From: Batkoa obscura
Lineage: Eukaryota
DNA length: 64,000 nt
Reading direction: 5' to 3'
Assembly (NCBI GenBank): GCA_030770535.1
Contig: JASVEC010000019.1
Coordinates: 682,001-746,000, forward strand
Shown here: positions 47,724-59,567 of the stretch, piece after piece
How positions within the stretch are numbered: position 1 is the stretch's first letter
How the letters are laid out: each line of letters starts with the position of its first letter
The notes under the pieces: model-generated
What the model was told of the DNA's origin: nothing
Databases searched by the model: none
The model's input: only the letters and a program-made list of their open reading frames with translations
Translations under genes and position numbers: made by a program

Positions 47724-49904
47724 TTAAACGAATTTCATTTCTTTAGCAACTTTGTTCCATATTAAGTCTGGTTTTCCAATAGTAGCATCAGTATGATAAA
47801 TATGCTTATCGGACTGTATAGCTTTGAACTCCAAAGGAACGGGTTTATTTTCCTCATCGAGTACATGAGAATAAGCTTGCCTTGCTGTGAGAGAAAATGT
47901 GGCTTTAACTGGAAGTGGTTTTGGGGCTAAAGGATGATCAAGTAAATTGGCCGATTTTAAACTTTCAAAAATGACATCTTGCTGCACCAAAGTACCACCG
48001 CTTAATGAGCCAGGCGTAGGCTTGCGTCCAGAGCGCATTTTAGTACCACCAACAGTGAAAGCAGTAGTATTACTTAACTCTTGCAAAGAGTTTACAAAAA
48101 GACTACAGGTAGAGTAGCAGATCGAGTTTGAAACAATGGCAATATTCTCTAAGGCAAATGGGGCATGTTCTTGATCCTTTTTTAATCCAGCCATAAAGTC
48201 TCCATCATCACATTGGTCAGTGAAAAAGTTAGTGTATCTATTTTCTACATCTGTGCGGTCATCCTCTTTTGGTAAGAATTCAAACACATTTTTATATGGC
48301 GTTTTATCTTCTTTAAGGAGCTTAGGTAGATAAAAAAATGAGTTTGGATTTTCTTCGGTAAGTAACATGGTTGTTAATAATGGGTGTACGTGCATATCAA
48401 GCAAAAACTGACTGTACTTTGAGGCTGGTAATAAGTATTTTATAATATTATAGCCAAGGCAGATGATACCACCACCGTTATTGCTGACATCAAGGATTAA
48501 CTTTTTAACTCCTTGTTGTTCAAACATTTTAAACCCAAGCACTATCTCTTCAATAAATTTATTCGTGTCTTCTGGGGCAAAGGTAGGTAAAACAGCCACA
48601 CCTACATCTTTGCCAAAAATATGAAACTGGGAGTAGATACCATTTTTGGCTGGTTTATTCAACTTTGAGGTAGGAAGTAAAAATGCTTTTTTTTCATCTT
48701 GGTTGACATCTAATGGGATAGTTTTATTTAAAGTGCTTTGTAATTTTTTAATTACAACCAACGGATCTGACTTTTCCAACTCTTCTTTGTTTATTTCTTC
48801 TATAATAGCTTCTGGTCCCTTTTCAACCCCCTTTAATATGGTTTCCTTAGGTACTGTACCAAAAAATTGTTTGATGATCTCAACTGGATCTTGTGGTTGA
48901 GCTTCTACTTTTTGATCTGCTAAACAGTATTTATGATAAAAATCAGTTCCATCGATATATCCCTCATTTTTAGGAACTGCAATAAAAGGGATTTCAATAA
49001 CTTCTTTTTTACCTTTAACATTCATTTCGTAGGCTACAGATTCTTTAGAAGGTGGATATGGTCTTTGTGAAAACATACCAAGTTCAAAGTTCCATTTGCC
49101 ATCTGCTAGTATATCAGCTGATAACACCCCGTTCATTCTTGCATGTATATCACGAGAAGTTCCATAAGTGGAATCAGCCACCTGTTCAATAGCAGTAATG
49201 GCATCTCTACCATCGATCTTTTCTACAATAGCATCGTCAAATGCTTTGATGTCAATCCCTTTTGACTTCCATGCCTCATACTCATTATTGTTATGCTGGT
49301 AACCAGATCTGACCTTAACAATCAATTTGTTATTATCCTCAACGACAACTAGAGGGAATGGTAATTTAAAAGAGAATTTTGAATAACAAGTCGGACTATA
49401 CGTAGTATGGCCATCTTTTAACTCAGTGAATAAATCCATAACATCGGTTTGAAAGCCTCGATCAGTGGTATAGTTTTTGATTCTTAAAGTGGCTAAGGCA
49501 CTTTCTATATCTAAAGTCCTTCCTTCTACTGAAGCATCAACTGAACGTTTTCTAGATACATCGGCAAATACATAAAATGGCATGAACTTCCACATAGAGT
49601 CTAAGACTTCATCACGAATTTTACTATTAAATGGAAAGCTATCATAGCAATCTAAGATTTCTTCATAGCTGTAAACTTTGGTGACATCATTGATCTTTAT
49701 ACATGGGTCATTATAGCCACTTGCTTCGTGCAACTTTCTTTCAAAAAATTCTTCAGCTATTGATTTTTGGACCTTGGTCTCAATTTGAGTATTGATTTGA
49801 TTTGCTTCTCCTTGTGATTTAATTTCTTCTGAGTTAGTTGCAACTGGACTACCATTGGCCAGAATGGAGATGGCTAGCAAACTGAATAATAGTTCTAATT
49901 TCAT
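47724..49904 (-). CDS. Secreted peptidase S41 (tail-specific protease-like)
   Basis: Signal peptide; LKDGHT, LILDVSNNGGG and SICYSTCSLF motifs; 726 aa, intronless. Confidence 0.9.
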   Translation of the reverse strand: MKLELLFSLLAISILANGSPVATNSEEIKSQGEANQINTQIETKVQKSIAEEFFERKLHEASGYNDPCIKINDVTKVYSYEEILDCYDSFPFNSKIRDEVLDSMWKFMPFYVFADVSRKRSVDASVEGRTLDIESALATLRIKNYTTDRGFQTDVMDLFTELKDGHTTYSPTCYSKFSFKLPFPLVVVEDNNKLIVKVRSGYQHNNNEYEAWKSKGIDIKAFDDAIVEKIDGRDAITAIEQVADSTYGTSRDIHARMNGVLSADILADGKWNFELGMFSQRPYPPSKESVAYEMNVKGKKEVIEIPFIAVPKNEGYIDGTDFYHKYCLADQKVEAQPQDPVEIIKQFFGTVPKETILKGVEKGPEAIIEEINKEELEKSDPLVVIKKLQSTLNKTIPLDVNQDEKKAFLLPTSKLNKPAKNGIYSQFHIFGKDVGVAVLPTFAPEDTNKFIEEIVLGFKMFEQQGVKKLILDVSNNGGGIICLGYNIIKYLLPASKYSQFLLDMHVHPLLTTMLLTEENPNSFFYLPKLLKEDKTPYKNVFEFLPKEDDRTDVENRYTNFFTDQCDDGDFMAGLKKDQEHAPFALENIAIVSNSICYSTCSLFVNSLQELSNTTAFTVGGTKMRSGRKPTPGSLSGGTLVQQDVIFESLKSANLLDHPLAPKPLPVKATFSLTARQAYSHVLDEENKPVPLEFKAIQSDKHIYHTDATIGKPDLIWNKVAKEMKFV

Positions 49905-50728
49905 TGTTTTTATCTAATAACTTAGCTAAAATTTTAATTTCTTAACTTTTTGATCATTAATCTTTACATTTATATATCCTTTCAATCATTTTCACAAAAG
50001 CTTGATATTATATAAGTTCTAAATATTGAAGAACCAATGTATGATTTTACTCTATATTTTTGAACAATATTACTGACTGTTCTTATACAGCTTCTGCCGT
50101 TGGCTTATAGAAAATATAGCATCATAAATAAAATAATGTGAGTCAATTGAGGCTTTTTAATTCGTTTGTATAGTAACAAAAAAGCGAGATGTAGGGGGTT
50201 TGAATAAAATTTAACTGTTTACAAAATGGATACTTTAAAGTATGACTTTCTTTGACATATGTAATGTGTATACATTTTGACTTATTATTTTAGAGCTATA
50301 TCATCATTACTAAATACATAGCTAGACTAACATTCAGAAATAAAATCTATTTTTCCTTAGAGTGTAGTATTTTCATATAAAAATTTGAAAACCAAAACTC
50401 CAAAAATAATGGCCAATCAATAAAGGTGATTATATCGTATTAATAAGCGGAAATTATAGGGGAAATCAATCATTAATTTTGAAATTGGCTTTAAATTCCA
50501 GTAACCATTAAATTCTACTCCTTCTATACTTTGTCTTCTAATCACTATTAGATTTTTAAATAAGTTATTTATAGATTGGTTCTTTAAAATACCTTGGTTA
50601 ACATGTTTATGAATGTGAATTAAAGTTTATATTTAATTCTGCATTATTACATAACTATAATTATTACAATTATTAAATTAGTTATCAAACTCAAAAAAAT
50701 TTGACTATTGTGATATATGTGAATATAT

Positions 50729-51019
50729 GGGGATGTTTTTTTTAGTTTCAGCATTTTTTCCATCTTTTAAGCACTATTTGAGTGGAAAAATTGTTAGTAA
50801 AATTCTTGAATACAAAAATACATTCCCATATGGGGATGTTTTTTTTGGCTTCATCATTTTTTCCATCTTTCAAGCGCCATTTGAGCGGAAAAATTATTAG
50901 CAAAATTCTTAAACACAGAAATACATCCCCATATGTTTTTTTTAAATAATGTTACTAATAATTTTCTCCCTCAAATTGTACTTAAAAAACGGAAAAAATG
51001 AAACCAAAAAAATATTCCC
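50729..51019. mobile_element. Cluster of three abutting MITE family A copies (50729-50827, 50832-50930, partial ~50931-51019)
   Basis: First two copies are tandem and share one ATAT; the third is in the opposite orientation with a disrupted left end. Confidence 0.9.
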
Positions 51020-51138
51020 ATATAGTCCCTGGATATCAAAGTACTAACTGATAAACAGCTATTCTAAGTAAATGGGTAAAATTTGTTAGCTCTTAACAAA
51101 TGCAACATACCACCATTTAGAGTAAAGAATAAATATAT

Positions 51139-51236
51139 GGGGCTATTTTTTTTGGCTTCATTACTTTTTCCATTTTTTAAGCACTATTTAAGTGGAAAAT
51201 TGTTAGTAAAACTCTTAAATACAAAAATACATCCCC
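51139..51236 (-). mobile_element. MITE family A copy
   Basis: Matches consensus; ATAT flanks. Confidence 0.9.
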
Positions 51237-51893
51237 ATATAGTCATTAGTTTATATTAAAACATAAATAGCAATTTTTATCAAAATTTTTCCAATCAAAT
51301 AACTTAATTTTCAATAATTATCTCCCTTTGTTTAATAAACATCTAGTTTGTTTTAAAGTAATTTATTATGATTTTTTTATCCTTGCTTGTAGCTTTAGAA
51401 ATTTTGTGATACTGGATACTAAAATTGAACTTCAGGACATCAGATCTTCATCAGAAATGAAAACACGAACACTATGATTAGTATTATTAATATTTATTAA
51501 ATAACAAGAGTCAAATTTTATATATAAAAAAGAACTAAAAATAAATCATCTTTTATTTTTATCTTTTATGAATTCTACATATGAAAACTATCAAAGTGTT
51601 TGAATTTATACTTTTCAATCTAAGTATACTCATTATACTTTTAAATATACGAAGTGAAGAATACCCAAATATCTCCCTAAGTATTCAGATGATAATAAGC
51701 TAAAACTGAAATTAATAATATCACAATTTTTTATATTTTCCTTAGAATACTTTATGTTAATTATGAACACACTTACAAAGTGAAAAATATCTAAAGTATG
51801 TCTCACTAACCATTTAAAATAATAACGCATCAAAGTAACTATTGATCCCAACTTTAAAAGGTAATAGGCTGAAAAACAAAAACAAAGGTATAT

Positions 51894-51994
51894 AGGGATG
51901 TATTTTTTTTAAAAATTTTACTAACAATCTTTCGACTCAATAGCAATAGCACTTAAAAAATGGAAAAAATGATAAAACTAAAAAAACCATCCCC
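51894..51994 (+). mobile_element. MITE family A copy (AATAGC-duplication variant)
   Basis: ctcaatagcaatagcact variant. Confidence 0.85.
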
Positions 51995-52049
51995 ATATGT
52001 TATATTTTTAAATGTTTCTTATTAATTTGTTGTTTTTATAATAAAATAT

Positions 52050-52145
52050 GGGTGTTTTTAGTTTTATCATTTTTTCCATTTTTTAAGTGCTATTGCTATT
52101 GAGTTGAAAGATTGCTAGTAAAATTTTAAAAAAAAATACATCCCC
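52050..52145 (-). mobile_element. MITE family A copy (AATAGC-duplication variant)
   Basis: Reverse complement nearly identical to 51894-51994. Confidence 0.85.
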
Positions 52146-52962
52146 ATATTACGGTGGATCCTATTTTCAAACCTTTTAAATAATAAAAATAATAGCCTAT
52201 TCCTAACATCGGAACCAAAATTGGAAGTATTTACTGAAAGCAGCTTATTAAGTTATATATCTAAGGTTTATATCAAACACACTCTTAACTTATTTTAGAA
52301 TATAATTAAGCTTAGTTCTACAAATAGGACTTGAGTGTGCATTTAACATCATTGATGTATAATATTTCTTTACAATGTATTGTTTAGTAAGCATGGTATA
52401 TTTAAATATATTTCAATGAACGGTTTATAAGTGTTATGTGATTTCACTTTCTTACTAATGAGTATGGTATGTAAGCTGTAATTTTGGTTGTTATTATACA
52501 AGTCAAAGACTAGGATAAACTGATATTAATTAAATCATTTAAACTTTTATCTCTGTTAGATATGTTTGGTTTTAAAATTTAGTGAATTTAATACTACACA
52601 AATAATTTTTAGTCAAAACTCCCTAAAGTATCAGTTATTTGAAATTTTATACCCATAAAACCCAAGCATAATTTACAATCCTATTTATTGAATAAAAAAT
52701 AACCTTAAAAATATAAATTCAGGCTTAATAATTCAGGGGGTATAATACGTTAAAAAAGCGGAGGATTAGATGCTCAAATTCCCACACAATATTTTTAGTT
52801 TAAAAAATTTTTAGGATACAAGTCCATCTAGATTATACTAATATACAAACTATCTGGTTAAAAAAACGTATATAAACGAAAGTAAAATGCTCAAAATAAT
52901 TATCAAAACAAACTAATATCTATTAATCTATTAAAATTATTAATACTACTCTAATTATCAAA

Positions 52963-53640
52963 ATGGTTAAATCTATCCCTTTCATGATTGTCTTAGCTTT
53001 GACTTCTGTCCTTGCTGTTCCAGTCCCAACTAATTCTGTATCTCAAGTCAGTGGTTCAGGTGCTATTGGTGGTATCACTAATGGAGGAAGTGTTGCTGTA
53101 AACTCATCTTTTGGTGCTGCAGCTGGAAGTGGTTCCAGTACTAGTTTCGGTACTTCAGCTGGTGTTGGTTCAGGACCAAACTCATCTTTCGGTGCCAGTT
53201 CTAATGTAGCTGGAGGAACTGCTACTCCATATAGCAATAACTTTTCATCTGGTAATAATGCTATCTCTGGTGCCACTGGTGATAATGGATTTGTTAATGT
53301 AGGATCTACTTTCGGAAGTACCAGTAACTATGCAGGTTCTGCAGGTTCTGGTTCTACTTCTGGTGTCACTTTAGGAACTGCTGGTTTTGGATCATCTACC
53401 AACTTCCAAGCTTCTCAAGGTAACATCCTTAATCAATCTGGTGTCACTGGTTCAGGTACCAGTTACGGTCAATCTCTTGGTCCATATTCAGGTACTAATG
53501 CAGGTAACAGTGTTGGTATCATTGCTACTGGAGCTGGATCTATTGGTTCTTCTAATAATTATGGTTCATCTACTGGGCTTGGTGTCATTGGTGCTGGTAC
53601 TAACTTTAATGGTTACGATAATGCTACTCCATACCACTAA
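52963..53640 (+). CDS. Secreted Gly/Ser/Asn-rich repetitive protein
   Basis: Signal peptide MVKSIPFMIVLALTSVLA-VP; TATATAAA ~90 bp upstream; paralog at 55630. Confidence 0.9.
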   Translation: MVKSIPFMIVLALTSVLAVPVPTNSVSQVSGSGAIGGITNGGSVAVNSSFGAAAGSGSSTSFGTSAGVGSGPNSSFGASSNVAGGTATPYSNNFSSGNNAISGATGDNGFVNVGSTFGSTSNYAGSAGSGSTSGVTLGTAGFGSSTNFQASQGNILNQSGVTGSGTSYGQSLGPYSGTNAGNSVGIIATGAGSIGSSNNYGSSTGLGVIGAGTNFNGYDNATPYH

Positions 53641-55629
53641 AATATTTATTAAAATAAAATCACTTAATCAAATTTTAATTACTTTAAATTTAAATAGTAC
53701 TTGAAACAGGCTATAGACAGAAAATACAAAATTAAAGTTGGATATAGATTTGACTTAGTAGAAATAGGTAGTTAATTTCTGTGCATAAAGTTGTTTATTT
53801 ATTGATCGTTTCTATTATTTTAGTCAAAAGTAAAGTGCTGCTACATTTTGGATTAATTTACTTAAAAATTTAGTTTGCACACAATTACCCTAAAAACTAT
53901 TTCAATTAAAAAATAGGTAAATGTTATTCACATTCAAGATTGATGATCATTTTTACTTGATTAATTATTTGGATAAAGTGTAAAATGTTAACATTCTAAT
54001 CTAAATGTAAAGTAAATATTTGAATAAAAATCTGATTATAACGTATTCAACTGGTAGAAAAAAATAAGAAAATATCAATATTGCTTTAAGTTTTTTCTCA
54101 AATTCTATGTTGATGTCAAATATTAGGATTGTATAGAAAACCAATCATATAGTGTATATTCTAAATAATACAACTTATATGAAGTTTCAAGTAAAAAAAA
54201 CCTTATACAGGACTATAAGTATATATTAAGTAATGACAAATTGTATGTAAAAGAAGCGAGGTTGCATACAGCCAACTATGTTTTTACAAAAGAGTTATAC
54301 ATGAATAAATCGTGTATAAATGGTTTATTTCTGATATACTCTAAACATCATAAAATTCAAATAGAAAATAATAAAAACTATTTTATTTTGTTCGAATACA
54401 GGATTTTTAACTAGAAAATACTACCAAAAAGGTGTCATGATTTGAATAGCTTCTAACAATTTCCAACAATAATTTTAAAGAAAGTAGACAAAACTTAAAT
54501 TTTGTGTTATAGATTAAAATAGTTGCAATAAGATCTAATACAATTTTCGTCATTATGTTTTTTGTTTTGTTTACTTTTGTTTTAATTAACTGTTGAAAAT
54601 TTTAAACTAGCTGCTTAAATTCTGACGTTTTTTCAGTAGTATTTTTAACCGAAAATGCTACACTAAAAGTTTAAATTTTAGTACCTAAGATCAAACTTTA
54701 TATAAAAGACACTCAAAGAAAACAAATAGTCCTCCTTTTTGATTATTTTGATTTCCATCTGATATAAATATGATCTAATGATCTCATGATCTCTTGTACG
54801 TTATCTAATTTGAAACCAAGATAACTTTAAGAAACTCATCTTTTAGCTGCTGCCCTTTTTTTACAAGTATCATTTTAATTCTCTTTTTTGTTTTAAATAA
54901 ATAAAACACTTAGGATTTATGTTATCGAGGATTTAAAAGGTATTAAAAGCACCAGTTTTATAAGTGTTTAGGATATAATATTTTATTGTAATGACATGGC
55001 TCTTATACCATTTGGCTACAATGAAAACCTAGTTTTGATAGCAAGTTTTATAAATACTAGTAAAATAAAATCATATAAATAAGCTTGGGCTCAACTTTTC
55101 TTATTAGTGAATGAGAGATATTATGACCAATTATAAAGTTGACTGCTATTTTGTTATCCATTAGACGCACTACTTGGGAAATGTTCAGTAAAGTTACACT
55201 CAGTTTGTAGATTTTAGTAAAAATTCAAAATTCTAATTTGGAAAATTAGAACTGTTATAAATCAATTGAGAATTATTTAACTGCCCATTTGAATGCTAAA
55301 TTCTAGAATAAATTTTGCTAAAGCTTATGGATTAGGCTTTAAAAAAACAAGCAAATAATAATAACCGAAGAAATTTTACAAAAATTTATACATGTGAATT
55401 TTAACAACTATAAGACATAATGCAAATAAGAATTTTAGACTATACATTTTTAAGGGGCAAGCCAAAATAAATGAATTAAAAAGATAATCAAATATGCCAC
55501 ACTAGAAAATGAAATAAATAGTAGGTGAGGAATAAACAAAGTGGAGGAAAGAAAAATAAAAAGATATATATAAAGAAAGACATAAATGAGTTAAATTATA
55601 AGACTTTTACTCCAAATTATTTATTAGAA

Positions 55630-56319
55630 ATGAAAAATGACGCCTATTTTATCCTTACTTTAATTTTATCTTCTATCTTTGCTATACCAGTACCTGATGA
55701 TTCAGTTTCTCAAGTATCAGGCTCAGGTTCAATTAATTCCACTACACTTGGCGGATCTGCCAGTCTAACCAATTCTTTTGGCTCATCCGCTGGAAGCGGT
55801 TCCAGTACCAGTTCTGGTACTTCAGCTGGTATTGCTTCGGGTCCAAACTCTTCCTTTGGCTCTAGTACGAATGTGGCAGGTGGTACTGTCAACCCGTTTA
55901 GCAATGCTTTTTCATCAGGTAATAATGCAGTTTATGGCGCAACAGGGCCAAGCTCAGGTCTTGTAAATGTAGGCTCTAGCTTTGGATCTGGAAGTACTAG
56001 TAATGGCTTTGGATCTTCCTTTGGAACTGGGGCCACTTCCGGTATTACTTCTGGTGATGCCGGGTTTGGGTCTTCTACTAATTTACAAGCTTCTCAAGCG
56101 AATGCTATGAGTTCATCTGGTGCTACTGGTTCCGGTACAACTTTTGGTGCTTCTTCAAATCCTTATTCAGGAACAAATGCTGGTAACAGTGTCTCTATCC
56201 TTACTAATCAAGCTGGCTCGGTTGGTGCTTCTAATAATTATGGCTCCTCCATTGGCGCCGGTGTTATTGGCGCCGGGACTAATTTAAATGGATTTAATAA
56301 TGTTACTCCATATAACTAA
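55630..56319 (+). CDS. Secreted Gly/Ser/Asn-rich repetitive protein (paralog)
   Basis: ATG at 55630 (MKNDAYFILTLILSSIFA-IP) downstream of TATATAAA; colinear with the 52963 protein. Confidence 0.9.
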   Translation: MKNDAYFILTLILSSIFAIPVPDDSVSQVSGSGSINSTTLGGSASLTNSFGSSAGSGSSTSSGTSAGIASGPNSSFGSSTNVAGGTVNPFSNAFSSGNNAVYGATGPSSGLVNVGSSFGSGSTSNGFGSSFGTGATSGITSGDAGFGSSTNLQASQANAMSSSGATGSGTTFGASSNPYSGTNAGNSVSILTNQAGSVGASNNYGSSIGAGVIGAGTNLNGFNNVTPYN

Positions 56320-56588
56320 ATTATCTATTAATAAAAATCATTATATACTTAGATCAAAAATACCCTAAATTACTACTTATTATATAATGGTACGTAAAAA
56401 AATATCAACATGATGTAAATTCGAAGAATTTATTCACAACTTAGTAACAAGTATCTGAGGCCTATAAAAAGCAACCCAACACTATAATTTCCTATAACTT
56501 TGATTTTTTAAAGTTGAAAAAGCATAATGATGAAATATTAAAAGAACTAGTATATACTAATAATAGATTTTTATTGATATTAAGGTAT

Positions 56589-57923
56589 TCATTCTGAAAT
56601 ACCAGGGATGGTGTTTAATAAATCAATGAACTTATTATCTCTAGCTTCATTTTTACGAACCTTATTAACATTTAAACCGTTCATTTTAATCCAGTCGTCT
56701 GGTAATGGAAGTCTCTTCTTAATTTTACCAGGTGCTCCTGGATTTATAATTCCAAGTCCGAGAATCGGCAAATTAGTGCTTAAAAGGTTAACTACTTGAT
56801 CGGGATTTAAATTTTTAATATTTTTTAATAACCTTTGAACCCCATTTCCATTTCCTTTACTATAATCATTTCCTTTTCCGTTACCATTGTTATCTCTGAT
56901 TGGTAGAACCCCACCCAATGGATTGCTGCTTTTATCAGTTCCAGAAGACTTAATTGTATTATTGGTATTAGATAGTTGAGCATTAGATCCTTGTGGTGCA
57001 GTAGCCTCTAAAGTATTTATATCGTTGGTAGCTGCTACGCTATTTGAGTCAGCGTTCAAAGAAGGCTGGTATCTTGGATAAGTGTAGCAATAAAATGAGC
57101 TCTTTGTATTAAATGTAGATTGTACATTAACTCTCCAGGTAACTAAAGAATCGGATGGTGAGACATTTTGGTCATAATAGTCACCTTCAAACTGATTTGA
57201 ATCAGGATGTCTTTGTTGCCATTCATACCATAACATATCAATAAAAGTATGATGTAACATAAATAGAGGATCGTTAGGAGAATACATTTGTCTGAAGTCA
57301 TAGCTACCGCCAATCTTTACATGAGGATCACCATGCTTCTCTTCTAAATTACCACAGAATTCTGAGAATTTATCATAGTTCAAAAAACTGTTTAATATGC
57401 TAGGGGGAGTAAAGCTAGATACACTACTACCTTGATCGTATCTTCTTTGCAAACAATGTAACTTTGGATAGTTGACATATAGTCCAGAAAATTTACCACT
57501 GTTGAGGCAATAATTTCTAGATCTATCACCATTCGCTCCCATATATGAATTAGATAATACAGCAGAATTAGCTGGATAGTCATAATCTTTCGACCAATCC
57601 CAATAAGGCAAATGAACACTTGAATCAATCTTTTGTAACTCTTTTTCATAGAGTCGAATATAATATCTATGCCATGGTAAAAACTTAGGAGTACCATGAG
57701 CATTACCTTGAGCATTGTAGTGTATCTTTGAATAATTGTCATAAATAGTGAGGTTTCCACTACCTGCTTTAGTGGATTGAAGTTTTTTAGCAGCCCTTAC
57801 AAAGCGAGTAAGCTCATCTTGAGTAAGCTCTCTAATTTCTTTACGCTGGTAAGGACTAGAACAATCCTGAGAAAAATAACCTGAAATAAGTAATAAAGAT
57901 GGAAGTAATGATGTGAATTTCAT
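56589..57923 (-). CDS. Secreted tyrosinase (type-3 di-copper)
   Basis: Signal peptide; RKEIRELT, H...AHGTPKFLPWHR, LPYWDW, H.DPH and SPNDPLFMLHH motifs. Confidence 0.95.
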   Translation of the reverse strand: MKFTSLLPSLLLISGYFSQDCSSPYQRKEIRELTQDELTRFVRAAKKLQSTKAGSGNLTIYDNYSKIHYNAQGNAHGTPKFLPWHRYYIRLYEKELQKIDSSVHLPYWDWSKDYDYPANSAVLSNSYMGANGDRSRNYCLNSGKFSGLYVNYPKLHCLQRRYDQGSSVSSFTPPSILNSFLNYDKFSEFCGNLEEKHGDPHVKIGGSYDFRQMYSPNDPLFMLHHTFIDMLWYEWQQRHPDSNQFEGDYYDQNVSPSDSLVTWRVNVQSTFNTKSSFYCYTYPRYQPSLNADSNSVAATNDINTLEATAPQGSNAQLSNTNNTIKSSGTDKSSNPLGGVLPIRDNNGNGKGNDYSKGNGNGVQRLLKNIKNLNPDQVVNLLSTNLPILGLGIINPGAPGKIKKRLPLPDDWIKMNGLNVNKVRKNEARDNKFIDLLNTIPGISE

Positions 57924-59251
57924 TTCTATTTGTATTTGTTGATATTATAACTTTGAGTCTACATATTGAGTCTTATATACTTTGAACTAATACTTAGATT
58001 GTTCTATGCACTTGACTCTATCCTATTTTTACTCTACTTTAAATACCTCATCACTAATTTTAACTTTGCATGATATGAAATTTAGACTTCTAAAGCCTTC
58101 CTTTAATTTATTTTGATCACATTAAGAAATAATCGAAATCTGCAATCACTTCAACCTTAGTAATTTTAGCAAGCAAATTTGCTAAAAATAGCAGTTTATT
58201 TACCTTACATAATGCCATTTAATCAACTTAGATTCAGAATTAACTTAATTTTAATAAACATCAGAATTTTAATATAAGTAAAGCTAATTAAAGCATGATA
58301 ATCTAGAAGTTCATAATTAGTTAATTACTAAAAGCAAAAATGATGATGGCTTTAATTTGAAGCCTTTTTACTCTCATGTATCATTTAATATTTTATTTTT
58401 ATAATAAAAATAGCTCATTTTAAGTGCTTATAGTTTATAAACTAATTTAAGATCTTTTTTTATTATATAGTTTTTTCACTTGTGCTTCATTAAAATGACT
58501 CTTTCCTTTTGTAATACGTAAGGCTTTACTATTCCGCTTTTAAATTTAGACTACTGTTTATTAACACTAAGATGTTTTTCAACTTAAAATCAGTTCAAAG
58601 TTCAATCAAGATCTCAAGCTAAGCTTTTCTATTATGTTAACAGATAGTTTCATATTAAAATTTTAGCTTTAATATGACTTTTTAGTTTTTGGCATTATTA
58701 GTAACATTATGGTTGATAAAATATTAGTACCTCATTTGAATAAACTACCAATTCATTATCTTTATAGCTTATTTACAAATATTTGGTTTTAGATTTAATT
58801 TTTTAACTATTATTTAAAATTCTGAGTTTCAAATGAAATTTCCAAATAATCCTAATTAATGATGAATTAAGCTCAAGTTCACAATTCAATCGTTAAATAC
58901 TTGCCAACTAGCTTGGACATTACGAAAAAAATGGTAAATTTGATTTTTTTAATACTAGTAATTTTTTTGATTACACACCCATATTAGACAGTTTGCCTTA
59001 TTTAAGATAGTTTTGAGAATTTGAAGAATGTCAGTTATATAAAGTATCTAAAGAAAGCTTAAAGAGTTGGAAGATATGGTAATACTTTGATGGATAAGAC
59101 AGATCTTTGACTATTTTAACAGGTAACGTAGATGGAGGTCCTTTGATGGGCAACTCATTCTCCTTGACTAAGAAGAGGGAGCGCACTATTACTGAATCAC
59201 CTCTCCCCAGGCATTAATTCTTTGAGTTATTTTTTTCACTATTTAGCATAT

Positions 59252-59350
59252 AGGAGGATTTTGGCTTCCTCACTTATTCCATTTATAAAGTGCTGTTTAA
59301 ATGGAAAAGCAAGTTGCTAGTAAAATTTTCAAATAAAAAAACACATTTCT
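59252..59350 (-). mobile_element. MITE family A copy (degenerate)
   Basis: Diverged match; ATAT flanks. Confidence 0.6.
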
Positions 59351-59567
59351 ATATAATACTTATTAGGGAACAGAGATAGTAAATACAGAAAGCAATACCA
59401 ATGCGTCATGGATTTCACAAATATAGTGACTATTCAGTAATAGTATTTTATTATTAAAAAAAATAGGCCAAATTGTAATAAAAAAATTAAAGTCAATGAT
59501 ACTAAAGCCCAATAATAAAAATTGCAGTAAAGTATTTAAAAATAAATATTTATTAAAATTAGGGTGT

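Noticed and set aside
55525..55629. 35-aa N-terminal extension of the 55525 ORF
   Set aside because: GTG start, spans the TATA box; the signal peptide and paralog alignment begin at ATG 55630.
59040..59215. Relatively GC-rich patch between the tyrosinases
   Set aside because: No convincing ORF or RNA fold recognised.
2418..59350. Repeated ~100-bp unit as CRISPR, SINE or ncRNA
   Set aside because: Dispersed in both orientations with TIRs and TSDs; no regular spacers, no A/B boxes or poly-A tail; eukaryotic context.
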